Below are positions 63,359 to 64,000 of a stretch of DNA of 64,000 nucleotides, piece by piece. The position numbers and the translations under genes were made by a program. Within the stretch, counting starts at the first letter, position 1. Each line of letters opens with the position of its first letter. The stretch is from a virus (lineage: Duplodnaviria; Caudoviricetes). The stretch is from positions 288,001 through 352,000 of IMG/VR virus record IMGVR_UViG_3300049988_000286. The stretch is one strand, 5' to 3'. The notes beneath the pieces were generated by a model that was not told where the DNA came from, did not search any database, and was given only the letters and a program-made list of their open reading frames with translations.

Positions 63359-63435
63359 CGGGGATTAGGGAAGTAGGTCATCCCGTCTCATTCGGTATGA
63401 GAAGATCGTCGATTCGAATTCGGCATCCCCGACCA
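63359..63435 (+). tRNA. tRNA-Pro(CGG), U37
   Basis: TCTCA-TTCGGTA-TGAGA; C1-G72; ends ACCA. Confidence 0.88.
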
Positions 63436-63463
63436 TTATTGGTGCTTCCGTGATAAATACTTC

Positions 63464-64000
63464 ATGGAAAACGAACGCACCACAAAAGTCTGCTCCCGCT
63501 GTAAAGAGGAGAAGCCTCTCGACAACTTCGGTCTGCGTTGGGGAAGCTCTAGAGATGTCCGCTATCCTACTGCGCAGTGTAAAAGCTGCCGAGCAGTCGT
63601 CCGTGCTGAAAAGGGTTGGAACCCTTCAAAAGAAGCGCGTGATCGAGAGAAGGTTAGAGCGCGGGAAATCAGGAAGCGGAAACGCCGTGATCCTGCCTTT
63701 GTCGGTAAACACATCCTTGAAGACTCTAGGCGCTACGACCGCAAGAAAGGCTTTTCGAACGACCTCGATCTCGCTTTCATCGAAGATCAGATTAAGGATG
63801 GCTGCTCATACTGCGGCGACACAGAGATGCGTCCCTCTCTCGACCGTATCGACAACGATCGCGGTCATCTAAAGGACAACGTGGTGGCCGCGTGTGTGCG
63901 CTGCAATCTGGTTCGAGGGAACATGCCCCACGCGGCGTGGTTGGAATTGTGCGAAGGGATGCGCCGCGCCCGTCTCAAGGGGTTGTTCGGCGATTGGCAG
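63464..64000 (+). CDS. HNH (His-Me finger) endonuclease, runs off the window end
   Basis: Manual translation: KVCSRCKEEK...CKSC, then GCSYCGD...SLDRIDNDRGHLKDNVVAACVRCN; TAAATA at 63454; frame differs from the ORF-track call. Confidence 0.85.
   Translation, partial: MENERTTKVCSRCKEEKPLDNFGLRWGSSRDVRYPTAQCKSCRAVVRAEKGWNPSKEARDREKVRAREIRKRKRRDPAFVGKHILEDSRRYDRKKGFSNDLDLAFIEDQIKDGCSYCGDTEMRPSLDRIDNDRGHLKDNVVAACVRCNLVRGNMPHAAWLELCEGMRRARLKGLFGDWQ

Noticed and set aside
63450-63872. ORF-track 140-aa ORF
   Set aside because: Wrong frame; the frame from ATG 63464 gives a clear HNH protein.
1-64000. CRISPR array, diversity-generating retroelement, introns or inteins in nrdA/nrdB/thyA, stop-codon reassignment
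   Set aside because: No spaced direct repeats or reverse transcriptase seen; the core enzymes are uninterrupted and of normal length, and they terminate normally under the standard code.

Overview
This 64 kb window looks like part of a large, T4-like (probably jumbo) myophage genome of fairly high GC content. The host is probably an alphaproteobacterium, inferred from a MucR/Ros gene, a SciP-like gene and leaderless late transcripts. All assignments come from motifs recognised by eye; no database search was run. Recognisable modules are: virion genes (neck gp14-like, tail terminator gp15-like, PAAR-peptidase spike, beta-helix tail spike); a ter/telA stress cluster; a GH19 endolysin; nucleotide metabolism (thyA, folA, nrdA, nrdB, glutaredoxin, dNMP kinase); repair genes and nucleases (denV, HNH, DEDD and PD-(D/E)xK nucleases, RNA ligase); candidate anti-defence genes (Acb1-like 2H phosphoesterase, orphan Xre/MbcA/ParS-type antitoxin domain); and seven tRNA genes, all Pro or Leu. 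The top finding is an unannotated 47-aa leader peptide (62311-62454) behind a consensus promoter. It contains 12 consecutive Leu/Pro codons using exactly the codon set read by the downstream tRNAs, and it is followed by mutually exclusive antiterminator and terminator helices. This is an apparent ribosome-dependent attenuator that would switch on a phage Leu/Pro tRNA operon when those tRNAs become limiting. Other strong observations: a roughly 500-nt structured non-coding region with its own promoter (50255-50760); a tandem array of 19 divergent paralogous small genes (53694-60161); a family of late, leaderless genes sharing a T4 capsid-targeting-like N-terminus, several with ADP-ribosyltransferase-like motifs; and phage copies of two CtrA-network regulators.
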